From the NCBI GenBank assembly GCA_036479435.1, contig JAZGFI010000292.1, forward strand, positions 1 to 60,070: 60,070 nt of DNA, in the 5' to 3' direction. Made by a program: the position numbers and the translations under genes. This document shows, piece after piece, positions 46,180-55,617 of the stretch. The first letter of the stretch is position 1. Every line of letters begins with the position of its first letter. The DNA is from Planctomycetota bacterium. GTDB lineage: Bacteria; Planctomycetota; GCA-002687715; DRQF01. The notes below the pieces were generated by a model that worked only from the letters and a program-made list of their open reading frames with translations, searched no databases and had not been told where the DNA came from.

Positions 46180-47636
46180 GCCCGTTCGTTTCCGAGCTCG
46201 GCAACATCTCGCTCCACGACAGCGGTTGGGTGCGGCTGCCGAGCGGCGTCGAGATCAGCAAAATGGCGGCATGGGACACCGTCGAACAGCTGTTTGCCCG
46301 GCGTGGTTGGCGCGGCGCGCAGGAATGGGCTGAGGCCCGCGGGTATCGCCTGCCGACCGTGAGCGAGCACCGTGAGCTGCACAGGATCGCGCTGTATATC
46401 AGTCCGTTCACGATGCCTACGGTCGACATGATCCACGCGGCAGGCATCAACCCCGCCAACACCAGCGCCGTCAACGACTACCGCAACGCCAACATGAGCA
46501 GCCGGGCATGGTGCGCCATCCACGACGGCGCGGTGTTGGATCTGCTCGTCACCAAAGGGCACATCGACGAACCGGTGTTCAACGACGGCAAGCACTGGGC
46601 CGCCGAGGGCTACATCTTCGGGTGGGCGCTAGCTCACGGACAGATGATTCAGGGGCCGAGTCTGGCGCATCTGACCCATGAGCACACCGACTATGGGACA
46701 ACTTTCCATGTCGTGCGAGACATCGATGGCGTTGAGGAGGTGCGAGAGATCGACACCAACCCACCAGAGGCACCGCCCGATTCTGGTCGCCGGACGCTGA
46801 GGCTGACCAGCCCGTACATGCAGGGCCACGACGTGCGCGAACTACAGGAGGCAATTGGCGCCGTGGTAGATGGATCGTTTGGGCCTCACACCAAGGCGCT
46901 GGTCGTCGGGTTTCAGAAGGAGCGGTTGCTCTATCCCGATGGCATTGTTGGTCTCAAGACCTGGGGAGCGATCGGCGCGGTGGCGGATCCCTACGACGAC
47001 CCCACGCCCCCTGACCCTGGGCTCATCTTGGATCTGTCGGGCATCTCTTTCCGTCAAGCACGCCACTTCAAGGAGGGCAGACGCGTGGAGATCGCAGGCA
47101 TCACCCTGCACACTGCGGAGATCTCCGAGCGCACCAACAGCGCCGAAGCGTTGCAGGCCTACGCGGCGACCATGGAGGACAACCGGTTGGCGTCGTGGCA
47201 CTATTCGACTGACATCGACTCGATTGCCCAGTCGGTCCGCGTGACCGACGTGGCCTTCGCGGCTGGGCCGGGGAACGACTCGGACATCCACATCGAGATC
47301 AGCGGCCGAGCTGGTCAGGGTAAGGTTGGCTGGGCCGACGACTACAGCCAAAGCACGCTTGCGCTCACCGCCAAGCTCTGCGCCTCGCTCATCCACCAGC
47401 ACCCGCAGATACCCATCGTCAAGAACAGCATGGAGGGTTTGCTGGCCGGAGCTCGCGGGCTACGCGGTCACGTTGATTGGAGCCTGGCCAGTGCTGAGGC
47501 TCGCAAGCGTGGACTGAAGCGAACGCCTTGGTGGAGCCGGTCGCGCAATCGTTGGCGGTCGACAAATCACACAGACCCCGGGCCCACCTTTGACTGGGCA
47601 GGGTTTTTGGTCCGCGTGCGCGGGCACCTGAGCTAG
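46176..47636 (+). CDS. modular endolysin: unassigned N-domain + PG-binding domain + amidase_2
   Basis: TLRL...G.DVRELQ...DG.FGP.T...FQ....L.PDGIVG..TW; ITLHT, ASWHY, IHIE, GH.D, H.DPG.F.W. Confidence 0.88.
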   Translation: MSPFVSELGNISLHDSGWVRLPSGVEISKMAAWDTVEQLFARRGWRGAQEWAEARGYRLPTVSEHRELHRIALYISPFTMPTVDMIHAAGINPANTSAVNDYRNANMSSRAWCAIHDGAVLDLLVTKGHIDEPVFNDGKHWAAEGYIFGWALAHGQMIQGPSLAHLTHEHTDYGTTFHVVRDIDGVEEVREIDTNPPEAPPDSGRRTLRLTSPYMQGHDVRELQEAIGAVVDGSFGPHTKALVVGFQKERLLYPDGIVGLKTWGAIGAVADPYDDPTPPDPGLILDLSGISFRQARHFKEGRRVEIAGITLHTAEISERTNSAEALQAYAATMEDNRLASWHYSTDIDSIAQSVRVTDVAFAAGPGNDSDIHIEISGRAGQGKVGWADDYSQSTLALTAKLCASLIHQHPQIPIVKNSMEGLLAGARGLRGHVDWSLASAEARKRGLKRTPWWSRSRNRWRSTNHTDPGPTFDWAGFLVRVRGHLS

Positions 47637-47826
47637 TCGCATCGCAGCCAGCCCAGTAGAGGTCCGAACACGGCGGCAGCAATTGCGAGCGTTGGTTCAC
47701 GCCTCTCCGGCCACTCGTCAAGACACGGGCACCGACCCTGACAGGGATCAATGCTCGAGGACACCGAACCAAGGCCCCAGCACCAATCGCACTCCGGGTC
47801 AGCTGGTAGTGGGTACGGCGCCTCCA

Positions 47827-48498
47827 TCACTCGCCCTCCAGCGCTTCGGTGAGTTCTCTCGCACATGTCGACTCGTCGGCCAAACCGTCGCGCCACCTAT
47901 CCCGCACCGCCTCAACGCGAACCAGAGCAGCCAGCAGCCCAGTGTTGTCTTCGCAGATGCGTGTGACCGTCGTTCCCAGCGCTGCGGCCATGTCTTGCGC
48001 TGCGCGCCCCATACCAGCGAGCAAGCCCTGGTTCCAGGCTGAATCTATGGGCATCGTGATGTCGCTGGCGGATTTGATCTTACCTACAGTCGCCTCAACG
48101 CGAGCGATGGTAGCCTGATGCCGCAGTGCCTGGCGGTGCCAACTCTTCTCGGTGCACGTCGGGCACCAAACAGCATCACCGTGCTGCTCGCACGGCACCC
48201 CCGCGGCGCGCATCCGCTGCTCCTCCGCCCTCGCGGCGTCACGCTCTAGGCGCACCTCGACAATGGTGTCCACGTCATCCTGCTCTGACGCGACGAGCGT
48301 CGCGCAACGTGCCCGCAACCGCTCCACCTCGGCACGCGCCTCACTCAGCTGCTTGCGCAAAGTGGCAGGGCTCTCGCAGAACTTGCACGGCCAGCCACCA
48401 CGGCTGCAAAATGAACCATGTAGCGCTCTATCCAGATGTCGCAGAAGGACACATGCTGGGTGATCATACGGCAGCCCTAGGCCGGTCTCGTCACTCAT
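47827..48498 (-). CDS. coiled-coil/Zn-motif hypothetical protein
   Basis: ARAEVERLR; early operon packing. Confidence 0.55.
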   Translation of the reverse strand: MSDETGLGLPYDHPACVLLRHLDRALHGSFCSRGGWPCKFCESPATLRKQLSEARAEVERLRARCATLVASEQDDVDTIVEVRLERDAARAEEQRMRAAGVPCEQHGDAVWCPTCTEKSWHRQALRHQATIARVEATVGKIKSASDITMPIDSAWNQGLLAGMGRAAQDMAAALGTTVTRICEDNTGLLAALVRVEAVRDRWRDGLADESTCARELTEALEGE

Positions 48499-49279
48499 CG
48501 TTGCTCCAAAGCTCGGGGTGCCGCTCGTTGCGCAAGTATTCACGGTCGTGCTTCTGCAGCTTGGTGAAGCTGTCTCCCAGGTCACGCACGGTCGCCCGCA
48601 ACCGCTCGCTCTCGTCACGCAGCTCGTCACGCTGGTCACGTAGGCACTTCTCTTCGCGAGAGCATGACCGGAAGGCTTTCTCTACGTGACGCAACCGCTC
48701 GTTCTCCGCCTCTAGCTCAGCCAGCCGGGCGCGGAGAGCGGGCCGCTCGTTGCAGGCGGTCACGATGTAGGTGGCGTCGCCTTCGTGTTGGATGCAGGAC
48801 ACGTCCTCGCCGTCGGCCCACTGACATAGCCACTCGTCCTCCCATTGCTCGTAGCCATCGGCGCGCACAAGAACGACACGCATCGGCAAAGGGCTGGCCG
48901 GCTCCACCTCCGCGAAGCCGTCGGGCAAGGGCACGAGGTTCCTCGGTAGCCGCATGGCCACCAGAGCATCGTTCGCCGACCGGGTAGACCTGAAGGCCTC
49001 GGACTCCTCATAGTAGGAGTTGCGCGGCCATTGGTAGAGTGCACTCCGCTGGCGTTCGCTGCTGCACTGTTGCCATGCGCGCACGGCGCCCGCTTGCTCA
49101 GCATCGAGGATGAGCGCGAATCGGGTTGGCTCAGCCATCTGCTGAGCGCAGCCCTCGTAGTAGACGCGCGAATTCGCCGCGGCAGCGGCCCTCCGACCAG
49201 CGGCCACACCTTCAGGGTGCGGCTGGATCTCGACGTCGACCAGTTTGACCGAGTCGGCGGGTTTGGGACTGTCGCTCAT
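48491..49279 (-). CDS. coiled-coil hypothetical protein (Ead/Ea22-like motif)
   Basis: DATYIVTACN..PALRARLAELEAENERLR. Confidence 0.6.
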   Translation of the reverse strand: MSDSPKPADSVKLVDVEIQPHPEGVAAGRRAAAAANSRVYYEGCAQQMAEPTRFALILDAEQAGAVRAWQQCSSERQRSALYQWPRNSYYEESEAFRSTRSANDALVAMRLPRNLVPLPDGFAEVEPASPLPMRVVLVRADGYEQWEDEWLCQWADGEDVSCIQHEGDATYIVTACNERPALRARLAELEAENERLRHVEKAFRSCSREEKCLRDQRDELRDESERLRATVRDLGDSFTKLQKHDREYLRNERHPELWSNDE

Positions 49280-49352
49280 AGTCCTAACCATCCGTCGCCC
49301 TCGTCTCCGTGTACGTGATGCACTGCAGCGCAGTCGTCGCAGATTCGGCTAG

Positions 49353-49610
49353 TCATGCCTCCTCCGTTAGAGCCTTGCGGGCCTTGTCCACGGTGCATAG
49401 CGCCGAGCCCATCTCACTTCGGATCTTCCCGAAGAGGCTGATAAGGCCTTTCTCGTGTTTCTCCATGTAGGCCTTGCCGAGCTTCTCGTAGAACACTCTC
49501 AGGAACTCCTTGGTGCCGTAACCCACCATGGCATCCAGGGCTCGGGCCTCTACTTCGTTGACCACCAAAGTGGTCTCGAACACCACCCGTACATTGTTCT
49601 TGAGTCGCAT
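49353..49610 (-). CDS. conserved phage hypothetical protein
   Basis: EARALDA..GYG...FL.VFY..LGK.Y...HE.GL.SLF. Confidence 0.7.
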   Translation of the reverse strand: MRLKNNVRVVFETTLVVNEVEARALDAMVGYGTKEFLRVFYEKLGKAYMEKHEKGLISLFGKIRSEMGSALCTVDKARKALTEEA

Positions 49611-49613
49611 CAG

Positions 49614-49817
49614 TCACTCCTCCAATCGCAGCTGCACCAGCACGGGCGCCTTGCGTAACTCACACCAAAATGGTGGTGGCTCGCAGCCATGCCACTGGCC
49701 GACAGTGAGGCTCCGCGGTTCGGCCATCCTGGGATGCTGGCACGCCTCCCACGCCTGGAAGGTGCACGAGGGTTCGCCGCCGCATCTGCTCACGTTCAGC
49801 TGGGTGGTGGTGGTCAT
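49614..49817 (-). CDS. Cys-rich small protein
   Basis: AGGAGG RBS; C.HP...PP.WC.L. Confidence 0.55.
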   Translation of the reverse strand: MTTTTQLNVSRCGGEPSCTFQAWEACQHPRMAEPRSLTVGQWHGCEPPPFWCELRKAPVLVQLRLEE

Positions 49818-50001
49818 CGCTTCAGCCTCCTGATGATGTCATCGAGCTCACCAGAGGAGGCAGCATCGATGTGCTCGCCGCGCCGAACGCGCCTGGACAG
49901 TTCCTCGATGGCGGAACTGATGCCGCTGCTGGTCTCGTACTGCGCGGCGCGATCGATGAGCCAGGCTTCGAGTTCCCTCGATGTGATGGTGGTCGGTGCA
50001 C

Positions 50002-50292
50002 TCACTCCAGACCCTCCGTCCATCCGTCGATGGATGTTTGCGGCACCTGCTCAAGTGCGGCATCTAGCCGCACTTGAAGCTCTTCGACCTGATGCCCGAT
50101 GCCCCTGTAGTCGCGCCCGTCGGCGAACGCAGCGAGGATGGCTAGACCCTGCCCGGCAGGCATATTCAGCTTGACGAGGCGGGCCAGGTGTTTCCTCTGT
50201 TGCGTTGACAGGTTGCCTAGATCTACGGTTAGCCGCATCGTGACGGTCTCACGAAACGCCAGCGAGAGTTGTCGAATGGCTGGCTCACTCAT
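50002..50292 (-). CDS. hypothetical protein
   Basis: GGAG RBS; ATGA coupling. Confidence 0.5.
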   Translation of the reverse strand: MSEPAIRQLSLAFRETVTMRLTVDLGNLSTQQRKHLARLVKLNMPAGQGLAILAAFADGRDYRGIGHQVEELQVRLDAALEQVPQTSIDGWTEGLE

Positions 50293-50567
50293 GGCGACAG
50301 CTCCACGCGCTCGATGCGCCACCGGGCGCGCCCAATGTGAACCGTCCCAGACCGAAAGAACCGCGGGTTCATCGGAACGGCATCAGCGAACTCGGCAGAC
50401 GTCCCCATGTGCGCAACCATGAACGCGACCCCGGCCGTCGAGCATCGGCCCACGACGTAGTCACAGGCGCCCGAGAGCGTCCGGCACGCCGCCTCAACCG
50501 CCGCGTCCGACGGGTGCTCGCTCCATTCGTCAACCACCCAGCTGGTCACCACGTAGACATCAATCAT
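50289..50567 (-). CDS. hypothetical protein
   Basis: ATGA coupling. Confidence 0.5.
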   Translation of the reverse strand: MIDVYVVTSWVVDEWSEHPSDAAVEAACRTLSGACDYVVGRCSTAGVAFMVAHMGTSAEFADAVPMNPRFFRSGTVHIGRARWRIERVELSP

Positions 50568-51193
50568 GGCAGCACCTTCGCAAGGTCAAGCTCAAGCACC
50601 GGCCACGCTCGCCGCGCCTCTGCTTCGCTCAGACCAACGGGGTCTGCGTGAGGAACCCTGGCGCTGAGTTGGCGCAGCACCTCAGCATACTGACTCGAGG
50701 ATGCCTGGCGCTTGGCAACGACACGGACAGCTGCCATCGCTGTTGAGTGGTCGCGGCCGAAGTAGCACCCGAGCTCCGAGTAACTGTGACCGCGTTCACG
50801 AAGCAGGAACATGGCTGCGCCACGCGCTGCAGCCACGCGCTTGTGTTGCCTCCGGCTCATAATGTCCTCAACCGCCACGTCCCATTGCCGTGCTACGAGG
50901 CGTACGATAAAAACGGCAACGGCCGGCAGCGCTGTTATGTGCTCGTGGGGGCTGGGTTTGCGTTTGGGTTTGGGGCTGGGGAGTGCGCGGGGAATCGGAA
51001 CGTGGCGCGCAATGTCCTCGCCAGCGGCCATGATGGCTATGGGATGCCCGTTGATCGGGGGGCACCAGGCTGGCGGCATGCCCACTGGAATCGCCTCGTG
51101 GCCTTGTGGTGCTCGTGGGTGACTGCACCGCCCCTGGCGTCGCAGCAAGCACCGCGAGTCACACATGTCGATCCCAATTTCAATTAGTGCCAT
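50564..51193 (-). CDS. DnaA C-terminal (domain IV)-like HTH protein
   Basis: IMS.R....V..AR..AMFL.R..G.SYSELG..FGRDHSTAM.A. Confidence 0.8.
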   Translation of the reverse strand: MALIEIGIDMCDSRCLLRRQGRCSHPRAPQGHEAIPVGMPPAWCPPINGHPIAIMAAGEDIARHVPIPRALPSPKPKRKPSPHEHITALPAVAVFIVRLVARQWDVAVEDIMSRRQHKRVAAARGAAMFLLRERGHSYSELGCYFGRDHSTAMAAVRVVAKRQASSSQYAEVLRQLSARVPHADPVGLSEAEARRAWPVLELDLAKVLP

Positions 51194-51574
51194 CGTCTTC
51201 TCTCGGCGGCGGGTATGGCAGCGCTGCTTGGCGGCGGGTCTCGAGTAATTCGGTGAAGACCTCCCGCAGCAGGTCAAACTGGTCAGGCATCGCGAGAAGC
51301 AGCTCGCGCACCGAGACCAGCCGCGCCATCGTCATGCGACTCATTCGGTAACCACGTCTTGCGACCAGATGGGACGGTGGCATGTTCTACAGGTGGGCAT
51401 GGGTCTCCTCCCAGAGGCGCTGGAGCGTGGTCACGAGCTCATCGAGCGTCTCACCCGAGCGGGCGGGGAAGTGCAGCGTCGCCACGAGCTTGCGTCCTCG
51501 GTGGATGGTGAGCATCTCTTTGCCCTCGATGCTAACGGCTGGCTTGGCGGTCCATTCGGGTTGGGGGCGTGCCA

Positions 51575-51955
51575 TCACCCCCCCTCGCCTGGAGCGCGGG
51601 CGCCACCATTGTTTCTAGCCCGCGGCTCCGGGCGCTCGGGACGGATACGTATCGCGTCCCACACCTTGCCGAAGGCCGTCACGCGCATCGTGAACAGGGT
51701 GATTGGTTTGCCCTTCCAGTCGTCGGTCTCCGGTCCGTACAGATCCGCGATTGTCGACAGGTTGGTTTTGTTTACGACAAACTTTTTTTTGGCTCGCTCG
51801 AATTCGATCACGGCGCGGCGCTCGGTCTTGTCGCCCTGGCATTTCAGGTCGTCAATGAAGAGGCGCTGGATCACCAGCGTAACGTCCTTGCCGCCCTTCT
51901 CGACCAGGTCGGCGCCGGCGATGTACTTGCTCGGATAGATCAGTTCGTAGCGCAT
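51575..51955 (-). CDS. phage OB-fold/SSB-like protein accompanying RecE-like nuclease
   Basis: SKY....DL...VTL.I...NKTN..TI...YG.ETDDW.GK.I.L...AIRIR; GGAGG RBS. Confidence 0.65.
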   Translation of the reverse strand: MRYELIYPSKYIAGADLVEKGGKDVTLVIQRLFIDDLKCQGDKTERRAVIEFERAKKKFVVNKTNLSTIADLYGPETDDWKGKPITLFTMRVTAFGKVWDAIRIRPERPEPRARNNGGARAPGEGG

Positions 51956-51956
51956 T

Positions 51957-52832
51957 TCATACCTCCAATGGCTGACCGCCGATCGTCAGTTTCTCACCCT
52001 CGCCAGACTCTGCGCCGAGCGCCCATCCGGGCATCTGCAGGTCGATGATCTCACCCTCGCCGACGCCGGGCCAGCTATCGGTGTCCATGCACTCCTTGAG
52101 TGTTTCCATCAGTCCGTGGAACCGTCTCCGACCCACCTCGAGAGCATCCTCGGGAACGTTGTAGACCACGACATCGTGAGGCTCTTCGTTCTGCACCGCG
52201 ATGATCCGGACCGGCATCGTCCACACTTCTCGGGTGTTCTTTACGGCACAAATGCCATGCTGATACCAGGCTAGCCGTGTGTGGTAGTTCAGGTTCGCGG
52301 CCTGCTTGGCGAATGCGTACGAGGACGCGTGCCGGGTCGTCTTGAGATCCACCAGCGCCATGTCCTGCAGCCAGTCTATTCGGCCTTTGCACCTAATCCC
52401 GGTCTGTTCATCGGCCCACTCGATAGATATCTCGCGCTGACCATCGGACAGGATGCGGCCGGCGACGCTGTGTGACCTAACGGCGTCCTGGATGCGCTCG
52501 GCCTTGGCGTACTGGTCTTGTGACAGCGCCGTCTTGCCCGCTGCTTGCTGGTCGGCGTGCCACCCTTTGCAGCTTTTGAGCTTCTTCGAGGCCGGCTTCA
52601 TGGTGCCCTTCGAGTCCGGGAACTCCTCGGGCTGGAGCACATACTCACGCATAAACTGCATCGGCTCGAGCACCGCCGTGTGACCAGCGCGCCCGACTCG
52701 CATCGCCTCCGTCTCCTTGCGTGGCCGGTGTAGGCGGTAGCGGTAGTGCTTGGGTGATAGAAGCAGTTCTAGCAGCGTGCTCATGTTGACCGCGTCGATC
52801 TTTGCGTAGTCCACGTACGGCATTCGTCTCAT
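51957..52832 (-). CDS. PD-(D/E)XK exonuclease VIII/RecE-like (DUF3799-type)
   Basis: G.A.H..VLEP; CKGRIDW; VDLKTT; Y..R.AWY; IAV..E.P. Confidence 0.85.
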   Translation of the reverse strand: MRRMPYVDYAKIDAVNMSTLLELLLSPKHYRYRLHRPRKETEAMRVGRAGHTAVLEPMQFMREYVLQPEEFPDSKGTMKPASKKLKSCKGWHADQQAAGKTALSQDQYAKAERIQDAVRSHSVAGRILSDGQREISIEWADEQTGIRCKGRIDWLQDMALVDLKTTRHASSYAFAKQAANLNYHTRLAWYQHGICAVKNTREVWTMPVRIIAVQNEEPHDVVVYNVPEDALEVGRRRFHGLMETLKECMDTDSWPGVGEGEIIDLQMPGWALGAESGEGEKLTIGGQPLEV

Positions 52833-53152
52833 GTTTTATTGTCCTCGTTTGTTGGGGGCACCGAGTCGTTCAAGTAGAGCCGCGCCTCGCGCCACCGCGC
52901 GCCGCGGTAACGCTCAATTTCAGGACCGGAGGTCACGCCCCCAACCTGCTTCAGGTACAGCTCGCGCCACCGCACGCGCCCATCGCGCCACGGATAGGAG
53001 AACGATCCCCAGTCGCCGTCGATGCTCGTCGCGTCGCCCATGTGGCTCACGAGGCGCTGTTGGAGCGCTTCACGAAAGTCCTTCATGCGATCGATGGCTG
53101 CTTGGCACCGGGCGAGCCGGCGTACCGTCTTGGCGATCTCTTCATCGGTCAT
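52829..53152 (-). CDS. hypothetical protein resembling the YqaJ C-terminal region
   Basis: Coiled coil followed by L...MGDA. Confidence 0.5.
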   Translation of the reverse strand: MTDEEIAKTVRRLARCQAAIDRMKDFREALQQRLVSHMGDATSIDGDWGSFSYPWRDGRVRWRELYLKQVGGVTSGPEIERYRGARWREARLYLNDSVPPTNEDNKT

Positions 53153-53384
53153 CAAAAGCTCCCTCCCTGCTCAGCCCTAGCGGCTCGTAGTTCTTCGCGA
53201 CACCAATCTCGATGCCGTCACCAATGGTCCACATTGCCTCAGGCCCAAGCAGCCGAACCCCTACGCCAACGCCCTCGCCTACGCCAACGATCAGGACCCC
53301 GGATTTCGCGCCCCTTGTCCACACATGGACGTGCTCGTGCCCGCCCAGCCGCTCGACGCGAACGCTACTGATCAGCGGCTTCAC
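53142..53384 (-). CDS. hypothetical protein
   Basis: ATGA coupling. Confidence 0.5.
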   Translation of the reverse strand: MKPLISSVRVERLGGHEHVHVWTRGAKSGVLIVGVGEGVGVGVRLLGPEAMWTIGDGIEIGVAKNYEPLGLSREGAFDDR

Positions 53385-53632
53385 TTCATCGCCTCGAGAA
53401 GCTTCTCGGCGAAGAGCAGGGCGGCGGCGCGCGTTGAGAAGCGGCGCGCCATCGACACATCAAACGCGCTCCTCGCCCGCCACGCTATCGTGACCCCTTT
53501 TCCCTCGACCATGTCACACCGACCCATGATGTAGCTGGACGCGGACGCGTGCTCACTCTTGAGACGCTCGATCACAACGAGCGCATCTTTGAGCGAGGTG
53601 GGTGGCGCATCGTCATACATTCGATCATTCAT
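53381..53632 (-). CDS. hypothetical protein
   Basis: Operon packing. Confidence 0.45.
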   Translation of the reverse strand: MNDRMYDDAPPTSLKDALVVIERLKSEHASASSYIMGRCDMVEGKGVTIAWRARSAFDVSMARRFSTRAAALLFAEKLLEAMK

Positions 53633-53849
53633 GTTGCTTGGCCTTGCGCAAAACCCGGCGCATGTCGACCGCGTGCTCGAGGAGATACGAGGCAATCGCT
53701 TCCGAGTCGGACACAACAGGGTTCATGCCGACATCCATACATGCGCCTCTGCAGATTCCTACGAGCTCGAGCCACGCATCGTGCTCAATGGCCTTCCCGC
53801 GGTCCTCGAACACGCGGCCGTCCTCAGTCTTCCAGGCGCTGATCTTCAT
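53625..53849 (-). CDS. hypothetical protein
   Basis: T.DG..F....A..H motif; GGAG RBS. Confidence 0.6.
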   Translation of the reverse strand: MKISAWKTEDGRVFEDRGKAIEHDAWLELVGICRGACMDVGMNPVVSDSEAIASYLLEHAVDMRRVLRKAKQHE

Positions 53850-53997
53850 GGTCTCCCTTTCGTTTGCGTTCCTTCATCTCCGCGATCTGCTTCTTCAACC
53901 GCGCGATGAACTCCTCGTCGGTCTCGTCGGACGTGTCGGGGTGACCGGCGTAGGGGCGGCGGCAGCGCTTGACTGTTGGGTGTTCGAAGTCATCCAC
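53824..53997 (-). CDS. 57-aa hypothetical protein (not in ORF track)
   Basis: GTG start after GGGAG; fills the gap in the operon. Confidence 0.45.
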   Translation of the reverse strand: MDDFEHPTVKRCRRPYAGHPDTSDETDEEFIARLKKQIAEMKERKRKGDHEDQRLED

Positions 53998-54292
53998 CGG
54001 GACTCTCCCTTCGGAAGTCTTCGCCAGGCCAGAACTTCTCGGCGGCCACGCGGAGACGCTTGCAGTCGTCGGCAGCCGACCCCGTGAGTCGATATCCGGC
54101 CTCAGCCACCTTTGCTAGCAAGGCGTCCAGCTCCTGGTCGTGTGCGCGCCATGCCAAGAGTTCACACAGCGTGGCCAACAAGTCCGCGGTCGCCTGCTCA
54201 GTGGGCCCATTCGGAGCCGGCTCACCGGCATCGTTGACGGCATCGACGGTGATGGCGCGGATGGCCCGCTTCAGTTCGCTGGCGTCGCTCAT
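53990..54292 (-). CDS. hypothetical protein
   Basis: ATGA coupling. Confidence 0.5.
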   Translation of the reverse strand: MSDASELKRAIRAITVDAVNDAGEPAPNGPTEQATADLLATLCELLAWRAHDQELDALLAKVAEAGYRLTGSAADDCKRLRVAAEKFWPGEDFRRESPGG

Positions 54293-54552
54293 GGCGCCAC
54301 CCGCATCACGCCTTCTCCTCGGCAATTTTCGCACGCCTCGATAGCCTCAGCGCTGGCGATCGTTCCGCGCCCGCCGCATGCTGCGCACAGCGGCAACGGC
54401 GGCCGGTGGATGCTCCGAAGCACATCAGCGAGCACGAGCTCCACGGCACGGCGGGCGTTGGTGATCGCTGCCTTGAGCAACTCGGTGTCCTCGACGTCGC
54501 AGGCCTGGGCTAGTCGCGCGATGGCCTCGCGTAGGCAGTGTTCGACACTCAT
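54289..54552 (-). CDS. protein with DnaJ-type Zn finger
   Basis: CAACGGRG...CENCRGEG. Confidence 0.6.
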   Translation of the reverse strand: MSVEHCLREAIARLAQACDVEDTELLKAAITNARRAVELVLADVLRSIHRPPLPLCAACGGRGTIASAEAIEACENCRGEGVMRVAP

Positions 54553-54755
54553 CGTTTTCGTTCCTCCCAGATTCGAATCTGTTTGCGCGCAGCCTTGAGA
54601 GCCTCGGCCTCAGTCTCGCCCGTGCCCACGACGTATTCTTCGCCGGTGACCAGGGCGATCCCCCACACGGAAACGAGCGCTTCGGTCTCGGAGAACCAGA
54701 GCACCAGGTCGTTGTCGCGCGCGAGCTCATCGAGCTCAAACTCGAAGTGGCTCAT
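54549..54755 (-). CDS. hypothetical protein
   Basis: ATGA coupling; G.GET..EAL..A. Confidence 0.55.
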   Translation of the reverse strand: MSHFEFELDELARDNDLVLWFSETEALVSVWGIALVTGEEYVVGTGETEAEALKAARKQIRIWEERKR

Positions 54756-55420
54756 GTTCGGCTCAGGCTCCCGTCGACCAGCGTCCATCCAACGATGACG
54801 GGGTCTGATCGGTAGCGGTTGGCACCGCCGAGGTTGGCACCGCGGAGGTTGGCACCGACGAGGTTGGCACCGCGGAGGTTGGCACCGACGAGGTTGGCAC
54901 CGACGAGGTTGGCACCGCCGAGGTAGGCACCGCCGAGGTTGGCACCGCGGAGGTTGGCACCGACGAGGTTGGCACCGACGAGGTTGGCATCGCGGAGGTT
55001 GGCACCGACGAGGTTGGCACCGACGAGGTTGGCACCGCGGAGGTTGGCACCGCCGAGGTTGGCACCGCGGAGGTTGGCACCGACGAGGTTGGCACCGACG
55101 AGGTTGGCATCGCGGAGGTTGGCACCGCCGAGGTTGGCACCGCGGAGGTAGGCACCGCCGAGGTTGGCACCGCGGAGAGATACGCAAGGGATCAGACTCT
55201 TGTCGCGTAGCCAGCCGTAGTGCGACGGATAGGCCGTCGCGAACCAGAGCGTGTGCAGGACCGTCCACCTCGGCACGACGATGCACGGCGGATCGGCGAG
55301 CCCCCATTGCAGTTTGCCGATGGCTCGGAACAACGCCATGCCGTTGTGCTGCAGATCGCCGCCTTCGCTGCATGCGCCTGCGTCCGCCAGTTCAGAGGCG
55401 GTGATTGTGACGTGGATCAT
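54752..55420 (-). CDS. pentapeptide repeat protein
   Basis: 23 A(N/Y)Lx(G/D) repeats after an L...GAC..G N-domain. Confidence 0.92.
   Translation of the reverse strand: MIHVTITASELADAGACSEGGDLQHNGMALFRAIGKLQWGLADPPCIVVPRWTVLHTLWFATAYPSHYGWLRDKSLIPCVSLRGANLGGAYLRGANLGGANLRDANLVGANLVGANLRGANLGGANLRGANLVGANLVGANLRDANLVGANLVGANLRGANLGGAYLGGANLVGANLVGANLRGANLVGANLRGANLGGANRYRSDPVIVGWTLVDGSLSRT
54817..55176. repeat. 15-bp tandem repeat (about 24 units) encoding the pentapeptides
   Basis: GGT(T/A)GGCA(C/T)CG(AC/CC/CG)GA-type units. Confidence 0.95.
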
Positions 55421-55617
55421 GACAGCGCGCCCTCGGCGTAGGCGTCGGCGGCTTCACCAGCGCGCCTAAGCGCCTCGCGCCCAGCAACGAACCCCTGGCC
55501 GTATGCCGTTTCGGTCCTGCGCGTGAGGCGTGCCATGCCATCGCCTACTGCGTCCCGGAAGCCCAGCATGTAGGCGGCGCGGAGGCGCTTCTTGATGTCC
55601 TGGATCATGGCCCGCAT
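55417..55617 (-). CDS. hypothetical protein
   Basis: AY..GF..G motif twice. Confidence 0.55.
   Translation of the reverse strand: MRAMIQDIKKRLRAAYMLGFRDAVGDGMARLTRRTETAYGQGFVAGREALRRAGEAADAYAEGALS

Noticed and set aside
46176..46730. Diversity-generating retroelement target (CLec-like RLPT motif)
   Set aside because: No reverse transcriptase and no TR/VR repeat pair found by eye
2346..47402. Numerous long minus-strand ORFs (e.g. 2346-3611, 6061-7203, 14252-15625)
   Set aside because: Antisense shadows of GC-rich coding genes, with no motifs or RBS
51782..51790. A AAA AAG slippery site in the SSB-like gene (minus strand)
   Set aside because: Encodes KKK inside a conserved domain; the -1 product would lose conserved motifs and looks non-protein-like
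54817..55176. CRISPR-like array
   Set aside because: Contiguous 15-bp units without unique spacers; they encode pentapeptide repeats in frame. The other-frame ORFs (PTSAV, CQPRR, LAPRR repeats) are shadows
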